From: the human T2T-CHM13v2.0 reference genome, Homo sapiens | Length of the DNA: 64,000 nucleotides | Assembly (NCBI RefSeq): GCF_009914755.1 | Contig: NC_060942.1 | Strand: one strand, 5' to 3' | Shown: in pieces, positions 11,722 to 24,356 of the stretch | Numbering within the stretch: position 1 is the stretch's first letter | Layout: every line of letters begins with the position of its first letter | Program-made: the position numbers and the translations under genes | The notes under the pieces: generated by a model | What the model saw: the letters and a program-made list of their open reading frames with translations, nothing else | What the model was told of the DNA's origin: nothing | Database searches by the model: none

Positions 11722-14700
11722 GCACAGATGCACACAGTCCATAAAAGCTGGCTCAGAGAGGAGTTTGCAGAGATGGCAGTGTGTTTGCCACCTGGCAGGT
11801 GCCATCAGCCTGGGCCCCCCAGCACGATGTTTGGGGTCTCAGCTGTGGTCCCAGGCTCCGATTAGTGCTTATGCAGGGCCCAGGTTTCCCAGGGACTGGG
11901 CCCCTGTGTCACTGAGCAGTGGCTGTGGTTACGCAGGAACAGAATGGCTCTGCGACAGGAATGCCCGTGCAATCCACCAGGCTTAACCTCATGGCAGCGC
12001 TGCGGTAGTTTATAGCTGGGGAGAGGGTGCTTTGTGCTCTTGGAAGATATGTGTAGAGTAGGGTTTTCAAACTTCAACAGCCCAGAACCCCAGAATGCTC
12101 CTTTCACACTTGGCCAAGTCGTCTAAGATGCTTCCCTTGCACTGCCTGTCTCCATCGGGGAGATAGTACAGCTATTTGTGATCATTTAAATGGAAAAAGA
12201 ATAAGTTTCCAAAACCTTTAGAAACAAAAAGAACTGAGAGTAAATTCTCCAGTTTGGGACTGACCATTCCGCCAATTCCTTTTGGTTTTAGAGCCTCCCT
12301 GGAAAAGGAGAAGGAAAGCATTTAGCTTTGTTTCCGTCCATATGCACAGGACCGATTGTGATTTCTTTTAATCAAAAACCTCTAGCAAATCCCAGGCTCT
12401 TAGAACTAGAAGGCACCTAGAGGTCCATGGGTTTAAACACTTTGATGTGCAGAGAAGGAAACTGAGACCCCCGGGAGGTGAAACGACACTCTCAGCGTCA
12501 CCCTGGGAGGCTGTCTCATACCAGACATGGTTTGTTCGTGTCCCGCATTTCCCTCGTGTTCCCTTTGACATAGAAATGAAATAACTCGAGTTTGCTTTCT
12601 GTGATGCTGTGGGAGTTTAGCTCCTTCCCCCAGGTGCTGCTACAATTTCATAACCAGTGTCTGGTGGCTGCTGCCAGCCTCGGAGTGTGGGAGCTGCTGC
12701 CCCTGGCATCTTGTCTTTGCCCTGGACCATGCCTGGTCCCTGAGGCTGGAGGCTGTTCCCATGCCTCTTTGCTGGCGTGCACGTGAGCCTTCCCTTTAGT
12801 CTCCTAGCACAGAGGACTCAGGGAGGTAATGACAGTCTCCAGGCACAGAGACCGGCTCATGGCCACACTGCACTGCAGGCTCACTCAACATCCGCTAAAA
12901 GTTTGGGTGCTGGCAATTTAACAATTCACAGAACAGTCACTGCTCTACGACTTTCCACTTTAGGACCAGTCCTTTTTATCCACAAGGTGCTTTCTCTTTC
13001 CTTCTCCTCCCTGACCCCACCTTGAGAGGAACCTGGGTCTCCAGAGCAGAGTCTTTTCTGTTATATCCTCTGCAGCTAGGATCCTTGGTGTCTCCCTTTT
13101 ATTCTCATTGGGCCAGAGGAAAACAGAACATTCTTTTAAACAAAGACACCTGTCCAAGAAAAATACCTCTTTACTTGATTTTCTGGAGCAGTGATTTTCA
13201 CAGTGTGGTCAGCAGACAAGCAGCTGGAGGATCGCCTGCACATGCATAGGACAGCAGCAGACCGGCGGTCAGAACTGGGGTGTGGGTGGGGGACCGCCCT
13301 CCAGGGGCTTCCGAGGCCCGGGAGTCTGAGAATCTCTGTTGCACAGCAATTAAACTGCCTGTCTCAATGTTCCATCTCTTCTAGGTCTGCGCATCTCTGC
13401 TTAAGCAAGAGGCCCAATAAAGTGCTTTCCTAAACAAAAGAAAGTTACTCCCAGTAAGTTCAAGGAAAAAACAAAAATAATCTAAGATTTATGACTTTTG
13501 GAAGACATTGTATTTTAAAAATGGATCATGGTGTAGATATCAAATTGTATAGTATTTAGACTCCATTGAATGTAATAAGTGATGTAACAGCTTAAAAGAA
13601 ACATTTACAGTATGCTGAGAATGACATCCTTTGCAGTTACTTAAGCCTATAATGAAAAGTGCTGGAAGTCACCTGGGAAGTGTACTCATTGAGGAGGGAG
13701 ATTTCCTACATCCTTTTGGCGGGGACCTGAGCACAAATGTTTGAAGACTGCTGGTCTATCCCATCCAAGCTATACTCCGTAATGTAAACACTGTTTGTGC
13801 CCTGTGGCTGGCCTGAAACACTGTCTTCCAAGCTGTGTGGCATCTCCCATCCATCCGCAGCCTCCATCAGCTCCCGTGACTCCACCCGGCTCCCTTCCAG
13901 AGGGAGGGGATTGCTCTGCTGCTCTCTCCTGGGACTCCCCTTGTGCTCACCTCATGGTAGTGTGATGGCTTCCTGCAGCGTTTTCTCTGCTAGCACGTGA
14001 GCTCCTCAGGGGCAGGCACCTGGGCCTCCCTCATTTTGCCCTCTCTCCCTTGCAGGTGTTTTTGTTTAAGTTATCTGGTAACTGGTTTCATTTCTCCTTG
14101 GGTAGCAGCTTTAACATTTTTCTTGTTCCTTAAGACATCAGTGTATGTCACATTGTCACTATGCTATGTGTCTGTGCAAAGCATGTAATGCACATTTGTC
14201 AAAATAGCCTACTTTGCTGAATGCTCATAGAAAGTTGGTATGCACATTTTCCCCTCTAGGACAATACTCACCTCAGGCTTGAGCTGCACTGTCCCTTCCC
14301 CTCTCTGAGCACATGCTGCTCCTTGGATCAGCCAGCGAGGCCCCCATGTGCCAATGGAGCCAAGAGGACTCCAGAGACTTACAACAGAAATGCAGAGCTG
14401 CTCAGCCACCCACAGACAGAGTTCCACTCTTGGATGGAAACTCAGAGGAATCCACACACAGCTGTTGGCTGAATTTTTATTTGACTTTACCAAGCAAGTA
14501 AAAAATTATGATTCAATGCCTTGCATAGTGACTTCAGGTGAGAAAAGATGCTGGTGGGATACCCCCCATTTGTTAGGGGCTCTGCACCCCAGTTGTCACT
14601 GAATTCCAACTTCTGCTGCTTCTGTGGTTGGTTCATTGATGCTCACATCTTTCCTGCTTGTGTACATGTTTTTTAATATATGTACACAATTATTGAACAA

Positions 14701-15496
14701 CCTCAGGTCACCGTGGATAATAGTGCCTAAGATCTAAAATAAATGCCATGTTCCTTCCAAGATACAATAGATATGGTGGCATGCCCCATCAGGATGTTTG
14801 GGATTTGATATCATTACTTGTGTCCTAAAAAAATTGGATTTTAGGTTATGTAATAAGGTTGCTCATAGGAAGTTCCCAGGTAATAAACTCTATGGGGCTG
14901 CAGAGAGAAGAATCTGAACTGAGGACCACTGGTAGCTGGCAGCTGGCAGTTCTGAAGTAGATTTTACAGTGTGGGGACATTAAACTACAACAGAACCTGC
15001 CTTGGGAACTTGGATCATGCACCTGAACAAGATCCAAAATCAGGTTGTGGAGAACCAGACTGTGGTATATGGATGCATGTACATGTGTGTATATGCATGC
15101 GCACATGGTGTGCAATTGGAGTCTCTGTGAGATCTGTGGATATGTAGCTTCCTCAGTAGCTTTCTATGGGCTGAGCTGTATTGTTGTGTGTGGTTAGGCC
15201 AGGGTGTAATATGGTAGTCACCAGCATGGCAAAACTTAATAATAGTCTGGAATTAAAAAGAGGAAACTATATCAGCCAAACCCAAATGTTTAGGGGAAAA
15301 GATAAGTAATAAAGGCGTTTAAATGCTCTTCTTACTGAGGAAAGGGAAAACCATGGGCAACAGAGGATCTTCAAAGAGGAGCTATTGAGATCTTTATAGT
15401 AGAAGAATAAATGTTGAGAAAGAGAAGGAACCATGAGTAGAATTAAGAATTACAGAAGAATTTCCAAATTAAGATAAGGTTAAAAATGAGAAGGAT

Positions 15497-15795
15497 GGCC
15501 AGGTGCAGTGGCTCACACCTGTAATCCCAGCACTTTGGGAGGCCATGGAAGGTAGATCACGAGGTCAGGAGATTGAGACCATCCTGGCCAACATGGTGAA
15601 AACTCGTCTCTACTAAAAATACAAAAATTAGCCAGACATGGTGGTAGGCACTTGTAGTCCCAGCTACTCAGGTGGCTGAGGCAGGAGAATCACTTGAACC
15701 CAGGAGGCAGAGGTTGCAGTGAGCCGATGTTGCACCACTGCACTCCAGTCTGGGTGACAGAGGAAGACTCCATCTCAAAAAAAAAAAGAAAGAAA
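15497..15795 (+). mobile_element. Alu (AluSc-like)
   Basis: ggccaggtgcagtggctcacacctgtaatccc...gactccatctcaaaaaaaa. Confidence 0.97.
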
Positions 15796-15982
15796 AGGAC
15801 AAGTAATTTGATCAAATTAACACATGTAAGAAAACAGAAAAAGAGGCAACAATAAATTAAATGAATAGTACATCTAAACAGGGAGGCAGTCAAATAAGTG
15901 CCATAGTCAGTACACTCCATGGGACACTCTGAAGTCTTCTGGCAGAAGCAGGGACAGCAATTTGGGTTAAAAAACAAACCTT

Positions 15983-16300
15983 GGCCAGGTGCGGTGGGTG
16001 GCTCATGCCTGTAATCCCACCACTTTGGGAGGCTGAGGCAGGTGGATCATGAGTTCAGGAGTTCAAGACCACGCTGGCCAAGATGGTGAAACCCTGTCTC
16101 TACTAAAAATACAAAAATTAGCCGGGCATGGTGGTGGGCGCCTGTAATCCCAGCTACTCGGGAGGTTGAGGCAGAGAATTGCTTGAACCTGGGAGGCAGA
16201 AGTTGCAGTGAGCCGAGAGTGGGCCACTGCACTTTAGCCTGGGCGAAGAGCAAGACTGTCTCAAAACAAAAACAAAAACCAAAAAAAAAAAACAAAACCA
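15983..16300 (+). mobile_element. Alu (AluS-type)
   Basis: Full dimer with (CAAAA)n tail; TSD aaacaaacct. Confidence 0.97.
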
Positions 16301-16327
16301 AACAAACCTCATCTAAAAGGAAAGCTA

Positions 16328-16598
16328 TGTTCTCACTTGTAAGTGGGAGCTGAACAATGAGAACACATGGACACAGGGAGGAGAACAACACACACTGGAG
16401 CCTGTTGGGGGAGCGCAGTGGGGGCGAGAACTAGGAAAAGAGCTAGTGCATGCCGGGCTTAATACCTGGGTGACGGGTTGATGGGTGCAGCAAACCACCA
16501 TGGCACATGTTTACCTGTGTAACAAACTTGCACATCCTGCACATGGACCCCGGAACTTAAAAATAAAATAAAATAAAATAAAATAAAAATAAAATAAA
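16328..16598 (+). mobile_element. L1PA 3' end with (TAAAA)n tail, 5'-truncated
   Basis: tgttctcacttgtaagtgggagctgaacaatgagaacacatggacacaggg...gcagcaaaccaccatggcacatg...aacttaaaaataaaata. Confidence 0.92.
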
Positions 16599-16599
16599 G

Positions 16600-16930
16600 A
16601 AGGAATGTTAAGTAAAAGTGGAAAATAAAGTGCTTGAAACACAGATACCATGTAAATGCACATAAAAATGGCCGTGACAATATCAGTCAATATGAAACGT
16701 GTGAATGGTATTAAGAGGAAAAAGATGGATGTCGTCATTACAGAAGGAACGATGAAGATAATATAATATCCAAAAATATGTATAGGCAACACAAAATACT
16801 AGCTGAATAAATAATGGAAAATCTATTAGAACCGCAAAGAAAACTTAAAAATGACGGAAACATAGTGGGAGATTTAATACTCATCTTGTGAACAGTTCCG
16901 CTAAGCAAAACACAAGGAATTGAGTGATGT
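16600..16930 (+). mobile_element. Ancient L1 ORF2 endonuclease fragment
   Basis: catagtgggagatttaatact resembles the IVGDFNT motif; A-rich L1 composition. Confidence 0.55.
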
Positions 16931-17131
16931 GAAAAATAAACTTGAGTATCTGTGCTTTTCATGTGGGTATACATGGTACGCTTGTGCAAAAATGTACATG
17001 TATGTATAAACTTTGTATCTCAAGGATAGAAAGTATACGTTTCATATATCCATAATATATTTTTTAAAAATCACGTTAGTACATAATCCAATAAAATTTA
17101 GTTTATTGGTATAGTTTGTAATCCAATAAAA

Positions 17132-17238
17132 TTGCCTCCCCAGCAATGCCGAACTGTGAGTCCATTAAACCACTTTTCTTTACAGATTACCCAGTCTCAG
17201 GTATGTCTTCATAGCAGTGGGAAGACGGACTAATACAC
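17132..17238 (+). mobile_element. THE1/MST LTR 3' fragment
   Basis: aactgtgagtccattaaaccacttttctttacagattacccagtctcaggtatgtc...gactaataca. Confidence 0.85.
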
Positions 17239-17239
17239 C

Positions 17240-18666
17240 AGACTCTCCAGATAGCATGACACTCTGAAAGTAATATATGGCCTTAGGCAAAAGAAAAAGA
17301 GCACCTTCAGCATAACATGGTCTTGGAGTAAGGTAGCCTTAAGGTGGTGCCTTTAAGCTAGAAAAAAATTATGCCAATAATACTAAGGGTGTGCTGTGTA
17401 CACCTGCCAGCTAGGCAATTAGGCTTCTAAGAATCTCAGGGGCATTCTCCCATATCAGTCTCACATGGGACTTAAGGTAGAAATACCCATCCTGGAAAGA
17501 AATGTGGTTATCATTTTTGTTTAATGGGGTGTGGTTGTGACTTTTGTCTAATTTGATACATAAGAAACTCACAAAAGTTTTAAAGGAAGCATGTCATCTT
17601 TGATTGAAAGGGACAAAGACAAAGATAATAAAAAGAATGTGGGCCCTTATGTTCCTATGAAAGGAAGCAGGCTGAGAAATTTCTTCGCTATATACTTGGG
17701 CCATTTCTTATGGGAAAAGAAGGGTGATTCAGAGCATGGAGTCAAAAATCACTGGGAACCACTCCCAGCTAGTGGAACTGGAGCCACTAATCAAGAAACT
17801 GGTGACGTGTCCATGGATTTGACAAGTGCCCTGGGCCCACGACTACATGCCTCCTCCCTCCCCCTGCTTTGAGATGGGAGGAACTACAGCAATGATCTGA
17901 TGCTTGTCCCAGGCTGGGTGTATGTGAGGCCCATGATTCACAGATCTTCAAACTGAGATAAGCCACCCAAGAAGTTGCACCCAAGGAACCCCACTGGAGG
18001 AGAGTTATCTTGTGATTTGGATGACAATATCCTGGAATCTGAGTTGATGCTTTCATGAGATAAAGAGTTTTGGGGTCTTTGGAGAGGTTCGTGTATTTTT
18101 TGCAGGGGGAGAACATGGATTGTTCTGGCCAGAGGGGAGACTGTGTTCAAACATAACCTCAAGAAATTCCATTCTGCTCTGTATGTTCATGACGGTTCTC
18201 TCCTCAGGAGCTCATGTCTCTTCTGCTTGATTATGGGATGGGTCTATGACTACTTCAGCTAATACCAATATGAAAGAAGTGGGTGTGGGAACTTTTGAGT
18301 TAATATTGAATGAATACCTGCAGTGGCAGCTTATTCCCTCTGGAGGAAGCTGTCATGCTAGGAGGAAGCTCTAACAGCTACATGAAGGGGACAACATGAA
18401 GGAAAAGTGTGGCACCTAGTCAGCAGCCCCGCTGAGCTCCCCACCCTCAGCCAGCAGCACCTGCTGGCCACATAAGTGAGCTATCATGGAAGTGCCACCA
18501 CAGGCCCAGCTGAGCTACTCTGACAACAGAAGTCCAAAAAGCACAGGCAAGTCCCCACCACGCCTGCCCACATTGCAAAATCGTGAGCAAAGAAATGACT
18601 CTTTTTTTTGTTTCAATCCACTAAATTTGGGGATGATTTGTTATGCAGCAATTGATAATCTATACC
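17240..18666 (+). mobile_element. MaLR internal remnant followed by MLT1-type LTR (LTR ~18141-18666)
   Basis: Purine tract ggccagaggggagac immediately before tgtg; LTR end ccactaaatttggggatgatttgttatgcagcaattgataatctatacca. Confidence 0.65.
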
Positions 18667-21438
18667 AGAAGTAATTTTTTTCTCTGAGAACTTAACTTGC
18701 TGCTAGAAAGTCTCAATGATGAATTTAAAATGGAAAACGCTGACAACAAAAAGGGGATTGCAAGAAAAAATGGATTAAAAACAACTAGAGAATGGAGGCA
18801 GGTAAAGGGAGTTTGAGTATGTTTTTGGAACGGAATTATTTTGGAGATCTTAAATGTTGAATATATAATTATAAAATCTGAATTGGGTTCATTTGAGAAT
18901 TGAGATCTATTTAAAGGCAAAGTCTTTGAAAACTATGAAAAAGTGTAATCATTTGAAAGAAAAAAAGGGCAAAGTATGAGGTCCTTTTTGAGAATAAATC
19001 ACAAACCCAGACAGTGGAAGAGGCTGGTTGGGTTGATCCAGAACTAGTTCTGCACCTAAGCATTGAAAGAGCACTTTTCTTATTTCAATTGCATGTGATC
19101 TAGTGGAAAAACAGAATCTTAGCAATCAAAATCTATTCATTTTGGTTACATTCACAGTTGATTCTGAAGCCAGGCTGAATCAATTAAGTGTTGAACTATT
19201 GGGAAGGATGGGGATATCTATCCATATATAGCATGGATGTAACATCATGTGGGGATATTGGTTTTTCACTTCCAGCCATATCCATATGTATAACATATGG
19301 GAAGGATCCATGATGTTGTGGCATCATGGGTATGCTTAGGTAGAATATGTCATCCCTCTTCTAATCTGACCTAATTTTCTACTTATTCATTGTTTCTCCT
19401 TTGAAGAGACCACTTGGTGAAAGCTTGGGCTGATGTTCGTGGCCCCTTTGGGCCTCTAGTGAGGTCCAGGTGGCTATTTTGGCATGAGGCCAGAATCCAG
19501 GACAGCTGCAGCTTCCCTGGGCTTTTCTGTGCCTTGTCTTAGGGCTGAAGTCCTTCTGTAATGACAAGCTCTCTGTAAAGACAGCAATTGTAACTGGCTT
19601 TAAAATGAACTGGAGCGGGTGGCAGCATGCCTCACCCCCACCTGGAATTGTAACTAATTTAGGGTCTAGTGTATCATGCCTCAGCCTTGCAGGCAGTGAG
19701 GATGAGCCTTTACAAACTGGGGCAGAAAGTACTGCTCACTGGGCTCAAGTGGGGTGGGACCTGGCCCCAGCAGGGCTTAAGTACATTATGATTGGAAAAG
19801 AAGGGCATTGTTTCTAAGCAGGAGGTTAAAGGTTGGTTTCCAGATGGGTGTTGTAGCAGGCCTGGTTGCCATAGCCACCAGCAGGGGTCCTGGGGGCCAA
19901 GTGGACTAAGTCTTGGTTGATGAACAGAAGTCAGAGTCAGTGTAGGGCAACGTTGGGTCTGGGGCTGGGATTTGAGACCACACTGAATGAGCTTGTAATG
20001 TGACTGACAGTGCCACAGAAACCTGTGGCCAATGGTTTTATCTGCTCCAAGTGAACCCCTTCCTGGAGAGGGTGTACCTGTCTGTGCCAGTCCTGCCTGG
20101 CCTCCAGGGCTCAAACATCAGAGGCAGCTTCTGGTAAGTCACATGTCAGGCTGCCTTCTCATCATCTGGCGGTCCCTCATTGGGATTTCTCTGGATTTGG
20201 GTCTTCCTTACAGGACGGGTACATGGTTGTAAGAATTTTCTGTCTTCCTTTCCTCCCTCTTCCCCACTTTCCCTCACTCTGGGGCCAGGGCAGGCATCAT
20301 CACCCTGGGCTGAGATCTTGACTGTGATGAGATCAGCAAGACAACACCTGTGCTGTCTAGTATGAAAAGCTGTCTCCAAACAGATAAGCCACTGTCATCG
20401 TTCCAGATGCTAGTTGTCAGTAGAATCCATGTTTAGGCTGAGAATGTTTAGGCAGCTTGGAACAGAGTTATATCCCAGAGGATAAAAGGGGGTCTCTCAG
20501 CATGCTGTGACTCTCCCTGTACATTCTGTAAGTCACTAAAAAGTCGTGGCATCACACAACGCAGAATCCACAGTGGCATCATGGCCAGTGGAAAGGGGTT
20601 CGCTAGTCCATACAGATGACTCCCTTGGCACTCTTCAGCTGTGACGCTCCCTGCCTGCAAGCTGGGCTTATGTGCTCATCACTTTGGGAACTGCAAGCCA
20701 CAGCTACAGGCAGCTCCTGGGGAGGTGGGGGTCGGGGGTGTCAGAGAGCAGACAGGAATGTTTGCTTATTGCCTGAGGAAAGGCTCAGGAGTGAGGGGAG
20801 AGTGGTAGATGTCATCTTGGGTAATTGTTATGAGGCTTGCATTGGCAGTAGGGTGCCCCCTCCCACTTTCTTGGACATGTAAATGAAGCGGAACATTCTC
20901 TTTGTAGTGTGTGTGTGTGTCAGGTCCTGCCTACTCCTCTGGAAGACCCCCTTTGCATGCGTGGCCACTCCATGAACACACACTCAAGGCATCTACAGTA
21001 ATGGGCAGCCACACAGCAGTCGCAAAGCAGAGCTGACAGGTATTTGGTTTATCTGATTAGTCTAGACAGCCATACAAAAAGCTTTCTGGACAACAGCATC
21101 CTGAAAACACAGTGACCAGTAGGATACCTGTGGCCTGTGTGTGTGTCTACACTGTCAGGGAAACATTGGCAGGCAGGGACTGGGCTGACGCCCTTTGAGG
21201 GCTGAGGATGTGGAAGGCACTGTGCTGAATACTCTTCACACACCTGCCAGCCCTTTCCCTCACTGTGCATACACAGGAACTTCAGGAATCGATTCTTTCA
21301 TTCTCTATGATACTGAGGACACAGGCGGGAGTGGAGGTGCGTGGAGCTGCCTGTCACTGCCGGTGGTGTCCCCTAGAGCAGCAGCTCTCAGACTTGGATT
21401 CTGATTCGAATAAAGTAGGGATCATTTAAAAATTTCCA

Positions 21439-21733
21439 GGCTGGGTGCGGTGGCTCACGCCTGTAATCCCAACACTTTGGGAGGCCGAGGCGGGCAGATC
21501 ACAAGGTCAGGAGTTTGAGACCAGCCTGACCAATATGGTGAAACCCCGTCTTTACTAAAAATATAAAAATTAGCTGGGTGTGATGGCATGCACCTGTAAT
21601 CCCAGCTACACAGGAGGCTGAGGTAGAATTGCTTGAACTCGGGAGGTGGATGTTGCAGTGAGCCAAGATCGTGCCACTGCACTCTAGCCTGGGCGACAGA
21701 GCGAGACTCCGTCTCAAAAAAGAAAAAAAAAAA
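21439..21733 (+). mobile_element. Alu (AluSg/Sx-like)
   Basis: Full dimer; TSD-like aaaattcca on both flanks. Confidence 0.97.
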
Positions 21734-22869
21734 TTCCAACTACTCCTTCCTCTCCCTGCAGCAACTGAGCCAGAATCTCTGGGAGTGCCCGTTAGGAATC
21801 TCTCTCTCTGTCTCTCTGTGTGTGTTTCATGCTTCCCTGGAGATTCATGTCCATGGTGGTGAGATGGAAGACCTTCATCCAAGAGGAAGCACATGCTGGG
21901 TGGATATAATTATCTCTGAATCTTTTACCTGTTCTGGTTTTTCCGCCTCTTTTCCTGGTCTTTGTAGGTTGGGACTGGTGGTTCAGGACAATCCTAGATT
22001 TCTTATTTGGAAATTCTGTGAATATATCTACACAGACAGGTGGATTTGGATTTGAGTCCTGGCTGAGCCTTCTAAAACTCTGAAAGTGAAATTAACCAGT
22101 GCACTTGGGGTAGAAACACAGATTTATCTTCTATCTGCTCTTCTTAGCTATGTTCATTCTGGTTTCCAATTGTCTAAGATCCCCAGTGCTTACTCACTCC
22201 AAATGGCAGGTGCAGAGAGGACTGGAAATACAGATGGGTTCTTGTGCCATGGCTGTGCTCTCCTTGCCATATGGGGTTGCTGTTGAAGGTAGGTCCTGCA
22301 CACTCACTGGGAGCTGCCATCAGCACCGATGGTCTTCTGAGATGAGACCCTGCACTGGCTTCTGTGGTGCCCCACACTTGCTTCCCTAAGGCTTTACTTA
22401 TTTTCATTCACAGCTGCATGCTAAGCCATTGTCCCTCTGAGGATGCCACCATGCCAGGCTAGTTGAGTTCCCCAGGGTCCCCCACCCTCAGGCACACACT
22501 GCCCAATCCGGCAGTTCCTACCTGTCCTCAGTTCCTGGGGGTGAGCTCAGGCCACCAGCCCACACTGCCTTGTCACCACCGTAGGCTCTTGGGTCAGTCT
22601 ATTTCATAATTCAGGATCTCAAGGCCAGGGATTGGACTTGATCCCTTTTCTCTCAAAACACCCTTGGACTTTAGTCAGTGGGCCCCTCCCCTCCCCAGGG
22701 CTCTTTACCCAGAGGAGAGGTGACTTTTGCTTAGCTGAATGCACATGCGGTCCTGTTACAACTCCTGCCCTGGGGCAATAGATCCTATAGGGGATATGTT
22801 TTAAAACAAAGTGTCTGAACAAAACCAGCCCTACTTCATCCTCTTCTGGTCGGCAGCCTCTGAGATGGG

Positions 22870-23382
22870 ACCCCGGCAGGCTGCCATTATACTCTGGGTA
22901 ACCCTCTTCTCTGCAGTGTGGGCAGGACATGGTGACTCACTTCTGATAGATGGAATATGACAAAACTGGTGGGATATTGCTTCTGAGATGAGGGTGTAAC
23001 GAAGAGTGTGGCCTCCATCCTGGGGTCTCCCCTTCCCCGTCCTCTCTCACACACTTGGTGTGAAGGAAGCAGCTGCCATGTTTTGAGTCACTCTGGGAAG
23101 AGGCCACATCCCAAGGAACACACAACTTCAGCCCATGGGTGACAGGGTTTGAGTGCTGCCAACAGCCTTGTGAGTCAGCCTGAAACCAGATCCCCTCAAG
23201 CTGAACCTTGAAACAACCACAGCCTTGGCTGGCCTGATGGCAGCCTGCGAGGGACCCGAGCCAGAGTCATGCAGCTAAGCTGCACCCAGACTCCTGACCT
23301 GAGACCCCCGGAGACAACGAGTGCTTGCTTTAATCTGCTCAATGTTGGGGTCATTTGTTATACAGCGCTAGATAACCAGCAC
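22870..23382 (+). mobile_element. MaLR LTR (MLT1E/F-like)
   Basis: ggaagcagctgccatg...cagctaagctgcacccagactcctgacc...ttggggtcatttgttatacagcgctagataaccagcaca. Confidence 0.75.
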
Positions 23383-24278
23383 ACTAGCTATCACTTTGGG
23401 CCTACTGAGTATTTGGGGAAGCCGTTGGCAGCTTATCTTTACCCCACTCCCAGCCACCCAAATTGCAGTCTCCATCCCAGGCATCACTCTGTCTTCACAA
23501 ACACCCAGTAGGACTATGTGATTGTACGGAAGACACCTACACTTCCTGGCCCTCCATTCCTTCATCTGTAAAATGGCAACAGCAGTAATACCAGCTTCGC
23601 CAGTTCAGCACCCTGCAGGGGCGCAGGAAGGAGCTGACTATTCCTTTCCTCTCCCTTTCCTCTCCTTAGTATAAGTTATGACTTAAGACAAATCACAGAT
23701 TCACCAGAGAATTATTAATCATCCAGAACATATTTCTGAAGTGTTTGAGAGGCTTGATGCTGCACATTGGTAGAATGTGTTAGACTGAACCATGTGACAT
23801 TACCATTTTTGTAGGTCAGAGATGTTTACTGCTGTCTTGCCACTGCTGGCTACAACGCATGGCACGAAGAAGAGGCCGGGAGCACGCGTATGGATTTGCT
23901 TAACTCCCTGAGTAATTGACTGTCTTCTTTGTACTGGATTATAAACATCTGTCTACTGGAAAATTCCTGTGTGTCCTTCAAGGCCCAGCCCAAGTATCAC
24001 AGCATCTGGGAAGCTTCCTTTGACCTTCTCAGCAGGACTGACTGTGCCTTTATCTCACCTCCCCTGTACTGTGGCTTCTCTGCACCCACTTGTCACGTTG
24101 TTGATTTGCATGTCATCCTCCCCCAAGGTTGGAGACTGACCCAACGACAGAGCTAGGCCATGCGTCTCTGCACCCTGGACCCAGAACATTCTCCATGAAT
24201 GTTTGTGAACTAACTGAATGTCAGAAAACTCTCCACTTCATTTTCCTCCCAAGGAAACAGCATACCATTTTCTTCTAC

Positions 24279-24356
24279 TTTTTTTTTTTTTTTTTGAGAC
24301 ATGGTCTTGCTCTGTCACCCAGGCTTGAGTGCAGCGGTGAGCCACCACACCTGGCC
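24279..24356 (-). mobile_element. Internally deleted mini-Alu
   Basis: Alu 5' 20 nt joined directly to the Alu 3' ~40 nt plus A tail. Confidence 0.85.

Noticed and set aside
14260-14537. Possible + strand exon (cccctctag ... cag|gtgaga)
   Set aside because: All three frames contain stops; no other support, though a non-coding exon cannot be excluded.
19200-19340. Recurring short words (tgggaaggat, tatccatat, catcatg)
   Set aside because: No consistent period or long hairpin could be established.
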